A stretch of DNA of 64,000 nucleotides, taken from contig JAUYJS010000008.1 in NCBI GenBank assembly GCA_030698565.1, positions 161,275-225,274 of the forward strand. The letters are read 5' to 3'. The position numbers and the translations under genes are program-made. Below, piece after piece: positions 1 to 9,180 of this stretch (positions are counted from its first letter, which is position 1; the number at the start of each line of letters is the position of its first letter). The notes under the pieces were generated by a model, which was not told the DNA's origin, did not search any database, and worked only from the letters and a program-made list of their open reading frames with translations. The stretch comes from Candidatus Shapirobacteria bacterium (GTDB lineage: Bacteria > Patescibacteriota > Microgenomatia > UBA12405).

Positions 1-145
1 AGAATCATTTTTTAACTACGGAGACGTTCTTATCCAAACTGCCTCCGAAATAAATGAAATTGTATTTGAAAGAGTCAGCAATCCCGATCGTATAATAAAA
101 GTTTTAGAGGAATTGAGACATAATAATAAAGAAACATCAGGATAA
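1..145 (+). CDS. 3' end of a bacterial PH-domain-like protein (truncated by window edge)
   Basis: Frame 2 reads ESFFNYGDVLIQTASEINEIVFERVSNPDRII...SG*; the NYGDVxIQTA motif resembles bPH domains. Confidence 0.55.
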   Translation, partial: ESFFNYGDVLIQTASEINEIVFERVSNPDRIIKVLEELRHNNKETSG

Positions 146-149
146 AATT

Positions 150-368
150 ATGACACCAGATTTAAACAACCCCATTTTTTTTGCTCTAATCCAAAAATTA
201 TTTTTAATTTTTCTTTCTGTGTTCTATTTTATTTTCGCCATCATCATCACTAAACAGATAAGCATATTATCCAAAAGTATCAAAGATAAATTTAATTCAA
301 TTCTAATAACTGTTTCTTACGTTCATTTATTTTTCTCATTTCTTTTGATTGTTTTGGCCTTCCTGTAG
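150..368 (+). CDS. small two-TM membrane protein
   Basis: 72 aa with two hydrophobic stretches, in line with flanking genes. Confidence 0.7.
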   Translation: MTPDLNNPIFFALIQKLFLIFLSVFYFIFAIIITKQISILSKSIKDKFNSILITVSYVHLFFSFLLIVLAFL

Positions 369-384
369 TATCATCAATTAATAA

Positions 385-2199
385 ATGCACTTTATTTGTC
401 GGTCTTTTATTGGTAGTCATTCGTCTACTAGCTGGTCTCAGTATTGGGAGAACGAGCCAGATGATTTTGACTTGGCGTCTCAAAAAGGACATCTTTTTGG
501 TTTAATCAATCTTGATGAAACTACTACCCTTGGTCGGGATATAATTTTTGAGCTAAATCAAAACTATTATTCTTCCGATACCTCGTTGGACGTGATTTCT
601 AGTTTAAAAAATACCCTTAACTCAATTTTAGAAAATCCACTTTTTACCAATTCCGGTTTAACAATTTTAGTCGCCATAGTTCTAAAAAATAGACTTTATT
701 TAGCTATCTTAGGAAATGGTCGGGTTATCTTAAGCCGTCAAAATAAAATTGCTTCCATTTTAGTTGGGCACGATAATGAAATTACAACAATTTCTGGCCC
801 AGTATTTTCACAAGACAAAATACTGCTTACCACCGATCTATTTTTTAGATCTATCGGTTGGAACCGAATTAAATATTTTCTTTCAGAAAACAAAATTCAA
901 ACTATAGAAGAAAATTTTTTATCGGCCTTATATTCTCTAAACAATCAAGAGAACCAATCTGCTGCCTTAATTCAAACCCAGGAAGAGGAGAACTTGCCAC
1001 CAACTCTTGAAACAGATCGGGAACCCGATTCGATTGAGACCAAAGCAACCACTTTTCCTAAAAAAAATATTTTAAAAAAATTTTTCAGTAAACCAGTTTT
1101 CGTTTCTTATCACGATAGTTATCAAGTAAACAAAAGAAAAAAAATAAACTTGGCCATGGCAATTACTTTACTTTTAGGGTTAGGACTTATTTCTTACGTA
1201 GGTTATCGAAAAAATAAAGCATCACGCATCGAAACCCAATACCAGCAGTTTAAAACCGAATTAGATCAGAAAATAAACAATACTCTAACCCTAAAAAATC
1301 TAAATATAAATTCAGCTCTGGAATCAGCCAAAGAACTTCAAACTATTTATCAGCAAATGTCAATTTTAAATATTCATTCTTCGGAATTAGCTGATTATCA
1401 GAAAAATATCAATATTTTATTAACTCAAACCGGCTCCGACAACACATTTGCCCCGGATTTTTTCTACGACACATCTTTGATAGTAAACAATCCCCAATTT
1501 AACCACATACTTCTTAATAACAATAAATTATATCTTCTAGATTCCAATACTGGTCGGATTGATTTAGTGGATACTGACAGTAAAAGTATTAAAAATTTAC
1601 TTATTAATAATCAACTCAAAGGGTTAAAAAATATTATTGAAAATAGTGGCAGTTTTTATGTTTATAACTCTGATAGTTTAAGTTTAATTACTAAAACAGG
1701 GCTAGATTCTAAGATAAAATTTACTTCTCCAATTATTCCAACCAGTGTCCAGTCATGGAACGGTGCCTTTTATGTTCTTGATCCTAGCAATTCCACTATT
1801 TGGAAATACGCCCCGAACTCATCAGGTTTCGGTGCTGCCACTAAATGGCTAAAAGAGGGAGAAAAAACTTCAGCCGACGCCACTTCACTGGCCATTAATG
1901 GCAAGGTTTGGACTCTTTCGACTTCAGGTCAAATTACGCCTTATTCTTTAGGAAGCAAAAGTGAATTTAAATTAAATCAAAAATTAGAAATTAATAATGC
2001 CGACAATCTAGCTACCACCACTACTGGTGAAAATTTAGTTTTTGTTGGCGATGATAACGTCGTTTATATAATTAATAAAGATGGAAATATTATCTCCAAA
2101 TATAACTTGGGTTCTCTTAAAGCTCTCGATCTAACCTTAAATAAAAACACAGTCTTTGTTTTATGTAGCGACCAAAAAATTTATAAAATAAATTTGTAA
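385..2199 (+). CDS. membrane protein with degenerate PP2C-like N-terminus, one TM and a beta-propeller-like C-terminus
   Basis: 604 aa; LYLAILGNGRVIL and DKILLTTD resemble PP2C strands; TM near aa 255-275; repeated YLLD/YVLD/IWKY blade-like motifs. Confidence 0.6.
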   Translation: MHFICRSFIGSHSSTSWSQYWENEPDDFDLASQKGHLFGLINLDETTTLGRDIIFELNQNYYSSDTSLDVISSLKNTLNSILENPLFTNSGLTILVAIVLKNRLYLAILGNGRVILSRQNKIASILVGHDNEITTISGPVFSQDKILLTTDLFFRSIGWNRIKYFLSENKIQTIEENFLSALYSLNNQENQSAALIQTQEEENLPPTLETDREPDSIETKATTFPKKNILKKFFSKPVFVSYHDSYQVNKRKKINLAMAITLLLGLGLISYVGYRKNKASRIETQYQQFKTELDQKINNTLTLKNLNINSALESAKELQTIYQQMSILNIHSSELADYQKNINILLTQTGSDNTFAPDFFYDTSLIVNNPQFNHILLNNNKLYLLDSNTGRIDLVDTDSKSIKNLLINNQLKGLKNIIENSGSFYVYNSDSLSLITKTGLDSKIKFTSPIIPTSVQSWNGAFYVLDPSNSTIWKYAPNSSGFGAATKWLKEGEKTSADATSLAINGKVWTLSTSGQITPYSLGSKSEFKLNQKLEINNADNLATTTTGENLVFVGDDNVVYIINKDGNIISKYNLGSLKALDLTLNKNTVFVLCSDQKIYKINL

Positions 2200-2220
2200 T
2201 TTAGGTTATAATTGACCGTC

Positions 2221-2634
2221 ATGAAGCATTTTAATAAAGACTCTCGAGATTACCAGTTTGTTGAAAAATTTGAAGCCGGCCTCATCCTAACCGGATCGGA
2301 CGCCAAATCTTTGCGTACCCAAGAATCCCAATTTTCTAATTCTAAAGTAGAAATTGTAAATGGTCAGCCAGTATTAATGAACCTAAAAATTCCAGTCTAT
2401 AAATATTCCCAAAGCCAAGAAATTGATACAACCCATGACCGTAAACTCTTACTGTCCGAAAAAGAAATAGCCAGAATTATCTCCTATCGTCATCAAAAAT
2501 ATATGATTATTCCAATTTCGATTTTTCTTAAAGGCAAATGGTTCAAGGTTGAAATCGGCATCGGTCGAAAAATTAGAAAATACGAAAAAAGACAAAAGAT
2601 TAAAGATCGAGATTTAAAAAGAAATTTAAATTAA
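2221..2634 (+). CDS. smpB: SsrA-binding protein SmpB
   Basis: FEAGLILTGSDAKSLR, RKLLLSEKEI, KVEIGIGRK..YEKR motifs; tmRNA nearby; ATG at 2221. Confidence 0.92.
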   Translation: MKHFNKDSRDYQFVEKFEAGLILTGSDAKSLRTQESQFSNSKVEIVNGQPVLMNLKIPVYKYSQSQEIDTTHDRKLLLSEKEIARIISYRHQKYMIIPISIFLKGKWFKVEIGIGRKIRKYEKRQKIKDRDLKRNLN

Positions 2635-2694
2635 TTTTTTTTAAAGAGGCTAATTTATTTTTGAATTGTCAAAAATGGTAAAATAAATTACAGT

Positions 2695-3540
2695 ATGACA
2701 GATAATTTATATTTTCTATTTTTAGATGAAATCTATACGCCAAATTTAAATGAATTTAGAAATATCATTAAAGATGAGATATTTAATAAAATTAAACATT
2801 GGCATTTTGGTATTGCAGGCACAATATTTCCCGCATCGGGAGTTTATGATATCTATGATAAATCACGAAAAATAAAAAATAAATATTATTCAAAACAAAG
2901 TAATTTAATATTTCATTATGTTGATACTTTGAATAAAAAGGATGCTTTTTCTGATTTAGCAAAAGATCCAGAAAAATACTGTAAATATACTTTGAGTTTA
3001 AATAGTTTAGTCGAAAATTCTGATTTTAAATATATTTCTAGTTTTGTTGATAAACACGAACTAATAAAAAAATATGGAGTTTTTGATACAAACAAAAAAC
3101 TGGTAAAAATCCAAAAAATTGGTTCAAATTTATTTCCTAAAAGTCCGTTTTTAAATTATAATTTATATTTATTGTGTCTTAAAAACATCGTGGTTGAGTT
3201 TTATAATTTTATTTCCAGTCGAAATATATCAGCCAGGGGAATTATTGTAGCTGAAGCCCGAGGAGAAAGAGAAGATTCTGAATTAAGACAAGCATTTCAA
3301 AAAATGTATTATTATGGAGTTTCCTCTATTCAACCCACTCAACTTAGACGAGTAATTTTGGATTTATTTATCGTTCCTAAAACACAGAATTATGTTGGCA
3401 CTCAAATAACTGATATGTTAATTTATCCAACTTACGATACTTTTGTCCCAAATCATAATTCAAGAAAAGACCATTTTATTACATTTAATTCTAATCTAAA
3501 GAGAAAATTTTTAAACAGTGGAGTCAAGATTACCCCATAA
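2695..3540 (+). CDS. DUF3800-like (RNase H-fold) protein
   Basis: N-terminal YFLFLDE, central IVAEARGEREDSEL, C-terminal QITDMLIYP match the DUF3800 acidic motif pattern as recalled. Confidence 0.65.
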   Translation: MTDNLYFLFLDEIYTPNLNEFRNIIKDEIFNKIKHWHFGIAGTIFPASGVYDIYDKSRKIKNKYYSKQSNLIFHYVDTLNKKDAFSDLAKDPEKYCKYTLSLNSLVENSDFKYISSFVDKHELIKKYGVFDTNKKLVKIQKIGSNLFPKSPFLNYNLYLLCLKNIVVEFYNFISSRNISARGIIVAEARGEREDSELRQAFQKMYYYGVSSIQPTQLRRVILDLFIVPKTQNYVGTQITDMLIYPTYDTFVPNHNSRKDHFITFNSNLKRKFLNSGVKITP

Positions 3541-3542
3541 AA

Positions 3543-3594
3543 ACAAAACAAGGCCTTACGGCCTTTTTTTGCGAACAGAATAACTCTATTCCCA
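3543..3594 (-). ncRNA. candidate small structured RNA convergent with the DUF3800-like gene (may also act as a bidirectional terminator)
   Basis: Minus strand: TACAAT -10 at 3601-3606, hairpin GAAUAGA/UCUGUUC, A7 linker, hairpin AAGGCC-GUAA-GGCCUU, U-rich tail. Confidence 0.4.
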
Positions 3595-3862
3595 ATTTTT
3601 ATTGTACTATAAAAAACCAAACAAGCAATGACGATTATTCTATCACCTGGAAAATTTCATTCTTTCTGACAAAACTTCTCAATAAATCCTGAAAGGGAAT
3701 GGGATTTAGTTGAGATATATTTTTAGTTATTGCATCTAATTTAATTTTTTCCTGATTGTCTCTTAAATCAAAACTAAACCAAGCATTTTTGGCAAAAAGT
3801 TTTTTGGGTGGGTACATAAAATCATTTGGATTCCAGTCCAAACCAAAAAAAATGAGGATTTA

Positions 3863-3888
3863 TCCTCCGTAGCTTTAGCGTAGGAGGA
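3863..3888. repeat. REP-like imperfect palindrome overlapping the tmRNA 3' end
   Basis: TCCTCCGTAGCTTTAGCGTAGGAGGA; related copy at 37908-37939. Confidence 0.7.
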
Positions 3889-4314
3889 GATGCCAAGTAG
3901 TGAACCTGGGTCCGAAAGTGGACATTAAAAAACATCTACAAGCTTAATTTACTTTATCCTACGCTTTCAACAACTAAAGTAAACGAAAAGTGTTGAAATG
4001 TCGATTAGTGAGGGCATTACCCCTCTCTTAATTCTTCAAGAAATCGAGATCTTAAAGTCAGCATTCTGGTTTAATTTACACTTCTTAATTCCCTCCAGAA
4101 TAGAGGACTAAAAAATGGCTTTCTTATGCTAAAGCTTGGAAGCTAGTAGCGTAAGCAGGAGCAGCGATTTTACCAATATAATTGGAGAAATCAGTTGCTA
4201 AAGCACTAAGTTTTTCCTTAGCATGTTTGTTTTCAACCCTGTTTAACGACTCAATGGATCAAAGTCGGCTTGCAGTTTTTTAAAGTACTCACTCCGTCAA
4301 TGCAATACATCTCC
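3885..4314 (-). ncRNA. ssrA: tmRNA
   Basis: 5' GGAGAUG pairs with 3' CAUCUCC; T-arm CCAGG-UUCACUA-CUUGG; P2 pairing UUAAAAAAC/GUUUUUUAA and UGCAAGC/GCUUGUA; tag ORF 4124-4222 ending FQALA*; TGgTATAAT promoter at 4329-4337. Confidence 0.88.
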
Positions 4315-4422
4315 GAAATAATCTTCGTATTATACCATACAAATACTTATATTTTTTTTTTTAATTAAAGCAATTTTCATTATCATATTTCAACTCATTA
4401 AAAATAGTTATAAATTTAACCA

Positions 4423-5073
4423 ATGTCCTTAATTTTAGATTTAATTTTTCCCAAAAAATGTTATGGTTGCCACCAAGAAGGTCAATATTTTTGTTCAAAT
4501 TGTCTTGATAAATTAAATAATATTCCTATTAAGCCACTTGTCGGCAGTAAACTGGAGAGTTGTTTGAGTCTTTTTAAATATAAATCAATTATCAAGTCAG
4601 CTCTGTTAGATTTAAAATACGGCTTTGTCTCCGATCTTGCCGATGAATTAGCCAATATTTGTGTTAACCGTATTAAAAAGGATTATCCTAGTTTACTAAA
4701 ATATTGGTTGGACAATAATTTCATTCTTATTCCTATTCCACTTCATCAGCACCGATATAATTGGCGAGGCTTTAATCAAGCCCAAATCTTAGGTGAAAAT
4801 ATTGCCGCAAAACTAGGCTTAAAATATTCAGATCAATTTTTTTATCGAACCTTAAATACATCAGCTCAGGCAAAATTAAAAGATAAAACCAATCGATTAT
4901 CCAATGTGGCCAATGCTTTTGTTTTAAATCCAGATAATATAGAAAATTTACCTAAAAATATTATTCTTTTTGATGATGTTACCACCACTCAAGCAACTTT
5001 AAATTCAGCCGTTACCGCGTTTAATTCCTCGCATGAAAACCACCATTATTGGGGTCTGACTGTGGCTGGCTAA
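4423..5073 (+). CDS. comF: ComF family amidophosphoribosyltransferase-like competence protein
   Basis: N-terminal double CxxC, IPIPLH..RGFNQA, IILFDDVTTT. Confidence 0.9.
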   Translation: MSLILDLIFPKKCYGCHQEGQYFCSNCLDKLNNIPIKPLVGSKLESCLSLFKYKSIIKSALLDLKYGFVSDLADELANICVNRIKKDYPSLLKYWLDNNFILIPIPLHQHRYNWRGFNQAQILGENIAAKLGLKYSDQFFYRTLNTSAQAKLKDKTNRLSNVANAFVLNPDNIENLPKNIILFDDVTTTQATLNSAVTAFNSSHENHHYWGLTVAG

Positions 5074-5734
5074 GATCGCTAATAAGTCTTTCTTTTTTAA
5101 TTTCTTCAGCAGTTTTTAATAGTTCCGGCTCATTTTTAAAGATATCAGTATCTTCTCCAATTTGAACACCTTCAATCGGAGTCAATGAACTTAGGTAAAA
5201 ATTTTCTACAAATAAGCCATGATTTGACAATGAATCTCTTAGTTCCTGTTTAATTTCATCCTCAATTAAACTCCTGTCTGTCGATAGAGCTTTTACTAAG
5301 GTGTGACAAGTTAATACCTTTCTAATTCGGCTTCGAGTTACCGGTCTAACAACTTTTGATACAAAATTTTCTCCAATATTTTGCCATATTTCCGGTAGTC
5401 TTTCTGTATCAAGTTTAATTAAAGCTGTGGCTTCGACTGTAACAAATTTATTGTCAGCCGTAACCGCATTAATAATTTCATCACTCATCGCTTCTTTGTT
5501 ATCTTTAAGGACGACATCCTTAGCAATAGTATATTCAATTAACTGAGCATTAAACAGTTTTACACGATGAATAATCGGAATCTTAAAATGCATTCCTGGG
5601 TACCACACATTTTTCAAAACTCCCTGAAACACACTATAGATACAGCCAACATGACCCGGAGGCACAGTGACGATAAAACCGCCAACAATTTCGTCAACTA
5701 AAAGCGATACTAATAAATTATCTATTGATGCCAT
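5021..5734 (-). CDS. SPFH/prohibitin (band 7) family protein
   Basis: VPPGHVG, PGMHFKIP, VRPVTRSRIR, RSLIEDEI motifs. Confidence 0.85.
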   Translation of the reverse strand: MASIDNLLVSLLVDEIVGGFIVTVPPGHVGCIYSVFQGVLKNVWYPGMHFKIPIIHRVKLFNAQLIEYTIAKDVVLKDNKEAMSDEIINAVTADNKFVTVEATALIKLDTERLPEIWQNIGENFVSKVVRPVTRSRIRKVLTCHTLVKALSTDRSLIEDEIKQELRDSLSNHGLFVENFYLSSLTPIEGVQIGEDTDIFKNEPELLKTAEEIKKERLISDLSQPQSDPNNGGFHARN

Positions 5735-5752
5735 ATTTTGATGAATTATACA

Positions 5753-6400
5753 CTAAAAAGCAGCCGATAATTCTAATAATTCTTTTTCCGGATCAGCCGC
5801 TGTAACAATAGCTGAAGAAACCAAAACTCCCTTTGCTCCCAAACTCAAGGCAATCTCCACATCCTTTGTTGACTTGACTCCGGCTCCCACTAACACAGGA
5901 ATATTTGGATAAAATCTGACAAATTTTTCAATCGATTTTACTTCGTCAGTCGAAACCGATTTATCTTTACTACCAATTAAATAACTAGGTTCATAAGCAA
6001 TGATATCCGCCTTTATGTTTTTAGCCCAACTTTCTGCTTGTCCAGTAGTTTGCAAACAAACAACTGACCTGAAATCTTTTGGCCACTTTTTCAAAATACT
6101 TTTTATTGTTCCTGGTTTTAATTTATGTTCGGAATGATTAATGATTGCACCCATTGCTCCAGCCATTTGGGCGGCAATAGGGGAGATATAACCAGATTTG
6201 GCTCCTTCTTCGTACAGGTCTACACTTTCAACTAACACTTCCATATCTAGTTCATGTTTAATCCGATAAACATCCAGAGCTGAAACCGCCGGTATGATTT
6301 TTATATTCCTTTTTTGAGCTACAGATTGGCAAATTTTGGCTAATTCAAGTGCACCATCCCCAAATGTTTCTCTGTAAATTTTAAAATTAACGATGATCAT
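5753..6400 (-). CDS. tpiA: triosephosphate isomerase, short archaeal-type
   Basis: IVNFKIY, NHSEH, IAYEPSYLIG, VLVGAGV, GVLVSSA; 215 aa. Confidence 0.9.
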   Translation of the reverse strand: MIIVNFKIYRETFGDGALELAKICQSVAQKRNIKIIPAVSALDVYRIKHELDMEVLVESVDLYEEGAKSGYISPIAAQMAGAMGAIINHSEHKLKPGTIKSILKKWPKDFRSVVCLQTTGQAESWAKNIKADIIAYEPSYLIGSKDKSVSTDEVKSIEKFVRFYPNIPVLVGAGVKSTKDVEIALSLGAKGVLVSSAIVTAADPEKELLELSAAF

Positions 6401-7902
6401 TGTATTTGGTATTTTTGAATCATTTGATTTAGGCCATTTCTCAATGGGACCATAATATCGGCTGCACTATTATTATCTAAAGCTATGCTATTTATAGCAT
6501 CACCAAAATATTTTTCCATATCTTTGTTTAAACCATCACCAAACGTGCGAGAGGATAAGTAACCACCTGAAGCATTATTGGCTGCCGCTACAAACGGCTG
6601 TACCATCGAATTATCGGCAATTTTATCGGCCATGCTTTTTCGGGGATAAATTTCTCCAAAATCTCTTGTTTGAGAAGCCGCTTGATACATCTTTTCCAAC
6701 GTATCCTGTGAAGCCATGAATTCCAAGAATTTCCACGCCTCTTTTTGTTTTGTGCTTTTGGAATTTACACCCTCAACCCAATAACTTGCCCAATGAATGT
6801 TTGTTAATTTGCCAGAAGCGCTGTTTTTATCCATGTTAGCATTGTCCAAAACTGGCAGCTGAGGTACCATAGCAATACCAAAATTTAGATTTTTATTAAT
6901 ATCCTTAATATTAAAAACTCGCCATGATGGGGCAAAATAAAAAGCCAATTTGCCATTCGCAAACAACTGAGTTGATGATGGCAAGCTTTCGTCCCACACA
7001 TGGTCTTTGGTTCTAAATAAAGTATAAAATGTCAGTACATCCTGAAGTTTCTTGTTATTAGCATCATCATTTATTAGTGGATTGACTCCGTTTTGTTTCA
7101 TCATTAGCCCGATAATATCATTCCAATGGTCAACATTATTTATCAACCCCATGGCTACTCCAGCCACTTTTATATTGCCATTATCATCTTTAACAGTTAA
7201 TTTATTAGCTGCTGTTTCCAAATCCCACCAGTTTTTTGGCAATTCTACTTGAGCTGCATTAATTAAATCCTTATTGTAATACATCGCTAGTCCGTCATAC
7301 ATCAAAGGGATAGCCATATAAGAACCCTTTTCTACCAAATCCTCTTTGTATGTATCAAAAAAATCCGTATCGAGCTGAATATTTTTTACCGTTGTCGCTG
7401 GCACAGGGGCTAAGTAATCTCTAAAGCTCGGAATCCAACTTTGGTGAATTCGATAAATGTCAGGCACTTCTTCGCCAGCCACTCCGCTTTTAGCCAATCT
7501 ACCTTGTAATCGAGAACCATAATCATTTTTCTGGTTCATTTTATAATTAATCTTTATTCCTGGATTTTTACTCTCAAAATCGGCAATTATTCCTTCTAAA
7601 ATATTTGAATCTTCCCATAGCCCCCAATAGTTAACTACTACCGGTTCTTTCTTCAACCCATCTTTGATTTTAGGAATTACAATTCCAATCAATACACCGA
7701 GTAGTATCAAGGCGATTAGACCAATCCCACCAAACTTAATCAATTTAGGATCAAATTTTGGTTTTGGCGTTATTGGCTCAGGTGTAGCTGGGTTCGAAAC
7801 CGCGGGAATTGGCGGCAAGGAATTGGCCATCTCTTTTTCCGGATTAAGAGGTATATTTATTCTCCGAGGTGGTAATGGTGATTTAATATCGTCGATGCTC
7901 AC
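6397..7902 (-). CDS. extracellular solute-binding protein (sugar ABC-type SBP)
   Basis: TM anchor, YWGLWED, IPLMYDGLAMYYNKD, FANGKLAFYF, EAWKFLEF. Confidence 0.85.
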   Translation of the reverse strand: MSIDDIKSPLPPRRINIPLNPEKEMANSLPPIPAVSNPATPEPITPKPKFDPKLIKFGGIGLIALILLGVLIGIVIPKIKDGLKKEPVVVNYWGLWEDSNILEGIIADFESKNPGIKINYKMNQKNDYGSRLQGRLAKSGVAGEEVPDIYRIHQSWIPSFRDYLAPVPATTVKNIQLDTDFFDTYKEDLVEKGSYMAIPLMYDGLAMYYNKDLINAAQVELPKNWWDLETAANKLTVKDDNGNIKVAGVAMGLINNVDHWNDIIGLMMKQNGVNPLINDDANNKKLQDVLTFYTLFRTKDHVWDESLPSSTQLFANGKLAFYFAPSWRVFNIKDINKNLNFGIAMVPQLPVLDNANMDKNSASGKLTNIHWASYWVEGVNSKSTKQKEAWKFLEFMASQDTLEKMYQAASQTRDFGEIYPRKSMADKIADNSMVQPFVAAANNASGGYLSSRTFGDGLNKDMEKYFGDAINSIALDNNSAADIMVPLRNGLNQMIQKYQIQ

Positions 7903-7967
7903 TCTTATATAATATCTTAAAACGCCTGCTTCTGGCCAGATCTTATTTATTTTGCTAAACTTCCGCC

Positions 7968-8726
7968 ATGTCTGCTTTGATTTTACCCTTGCTTGCCGCT
8001 TTGCTTGTCAGTTTAATTTCTCTTATCGGAATTTTTTTCGTTTTTTTTAAACTGTCATCAATAAAAAAAATTACTATGATATTGGTTAGTTTTGCTATTG
8101 GTGGTCTTTTGGGGGATGCATTTATTCATCTATTACCAGAATCCTTTGAAAAAATAAGTTCAAAAACAGCCGTCTCAATCTTTTCCATAGCTGGAATTCT
8201 TTTGTTTTTTACCTTAGAAAGAATCCTCCGTTGGCGCCATTGTCATGAAATCGATTGTCAAGAGCCAAAGGATGAAGATCACCATGTCGTCACTTTAAGC
8301 CTAGTTGGTGATACCGTCCACAATATGATCGATGGTATGGTAATTGCTGCCAGTTTTTTTGTCAGCCAGCCTGTTGGCATTGCTACTACCTTAGCCGTTA
8401 TTTTGCACGAAATTCCACAAGAATTAGGTCATTTTGGTATTTTAATTCACCATGGCTTATCAGTTAGAAAAGCTATATTTTATAATCTATTTTCTGCCCT
8501 TGCTAGTGTAATTGGAGTATTATTGACCTATTTTCTGGGTAATTATATTGGTCATGTTTCAATTTACCTTCTTCCTATTACCGCCGGCGGCTTTATCTAT
8601 TTGGCATCTTCGGATTTAATTCCCGAACTTCATCGTCATAACCCAAAAACCACCGAATCTATTTTCCAATTATTTTGTATTATTTTAGGTGTTAGTCTCA
8701 TGTCGTTGCTTACATTAATAGAATAA
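7968..8726 (+). CDS. ZIP family metal transporter
   Basis: FIHLLPE, HNMIDG, HEIPQELG and a His-rich loop. Confidence 0.92.
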   Translation: MSALILPLLAALLVSLISLIGIFFVFFKLSSIKKITMILVSFAIGGLLGDAFIHLLPESFEKISSKTAVSIFSIAGILLFFTLERILRWRHCHEIDCQEPKDEDHHVVTLSLVGDTVHNMIDGMVIAASFFVSQPVGIATTLAVILHEIPQELGHFGILIHHGLSVRKAIFYNLFSALASVIGVLLTYFLGNYIGHVSIYLLPITAGGFIYLASSDLIPELHRHNPKTTESIFQLFCIILGVSLMSLLTLIE

Positions 8727-8763
8727 GTTTGATTGACGAGGCACGCATAAGTTATAATTTTTC

Positions 8764-9180
8764 ATGAAAATAAATGTTTTTACTGATGGTGGAGCTAGAG
8801 GTAATCCGGGCACAGCTGGATTTGGAGTAGTTATTTATGGCGAAAACAAAAAAATTATTTTTCAACAAGCCAAACATATTGGAATCAAAACTAACAATGA
8901 AGCCGAGTATTTAGCCTTATTATCAGCCTTAGAATGGATAAAAGATAATAAAAACAATTTTAATATCAGCCAAATTGATTTTCATTCCGATTCTCAACTA
9001 ATGGTTCGCCAAGTTCAAGGAGTTTATAAAGTAAAAGCCGGCAATCTTCTACCGCTTTTTAATCAAGCCAAACATTTATTGCCTTTAATTAATCTACCAT
9101 GTCAATTTATTGATATTAAAAGGGAATATAATAAATTAGCCGATAGTTTAGCCAATCAAGCCATGGATCAAAAACTATGA
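8764..9180 (+). CDS. rnhA: ribonuclease HI
   Basis: FTDGGARGNPG, TNNEAEY, SDSQL, NKLADSLAN. Confidence 0.9.
   Translation: MKINVFTDGGARGNPGTAGFGVVIYGENKKIIFQQAKHIGIKTNNEAEYLALLSALEWIKDNKNNFNISQIDFHSDSQLMVRQVQGVYKVKAGNLLPLFNQAKHLLPLINLPCQFIDIKREYNKLADSLANQAMDQKL

Noticed and set aside
3635-3841. 68-aa minus-strand ORF downstream of tmRNA
   Set aside because: TTG start and no recognisable motif; could be a remnant but cannot be supported.
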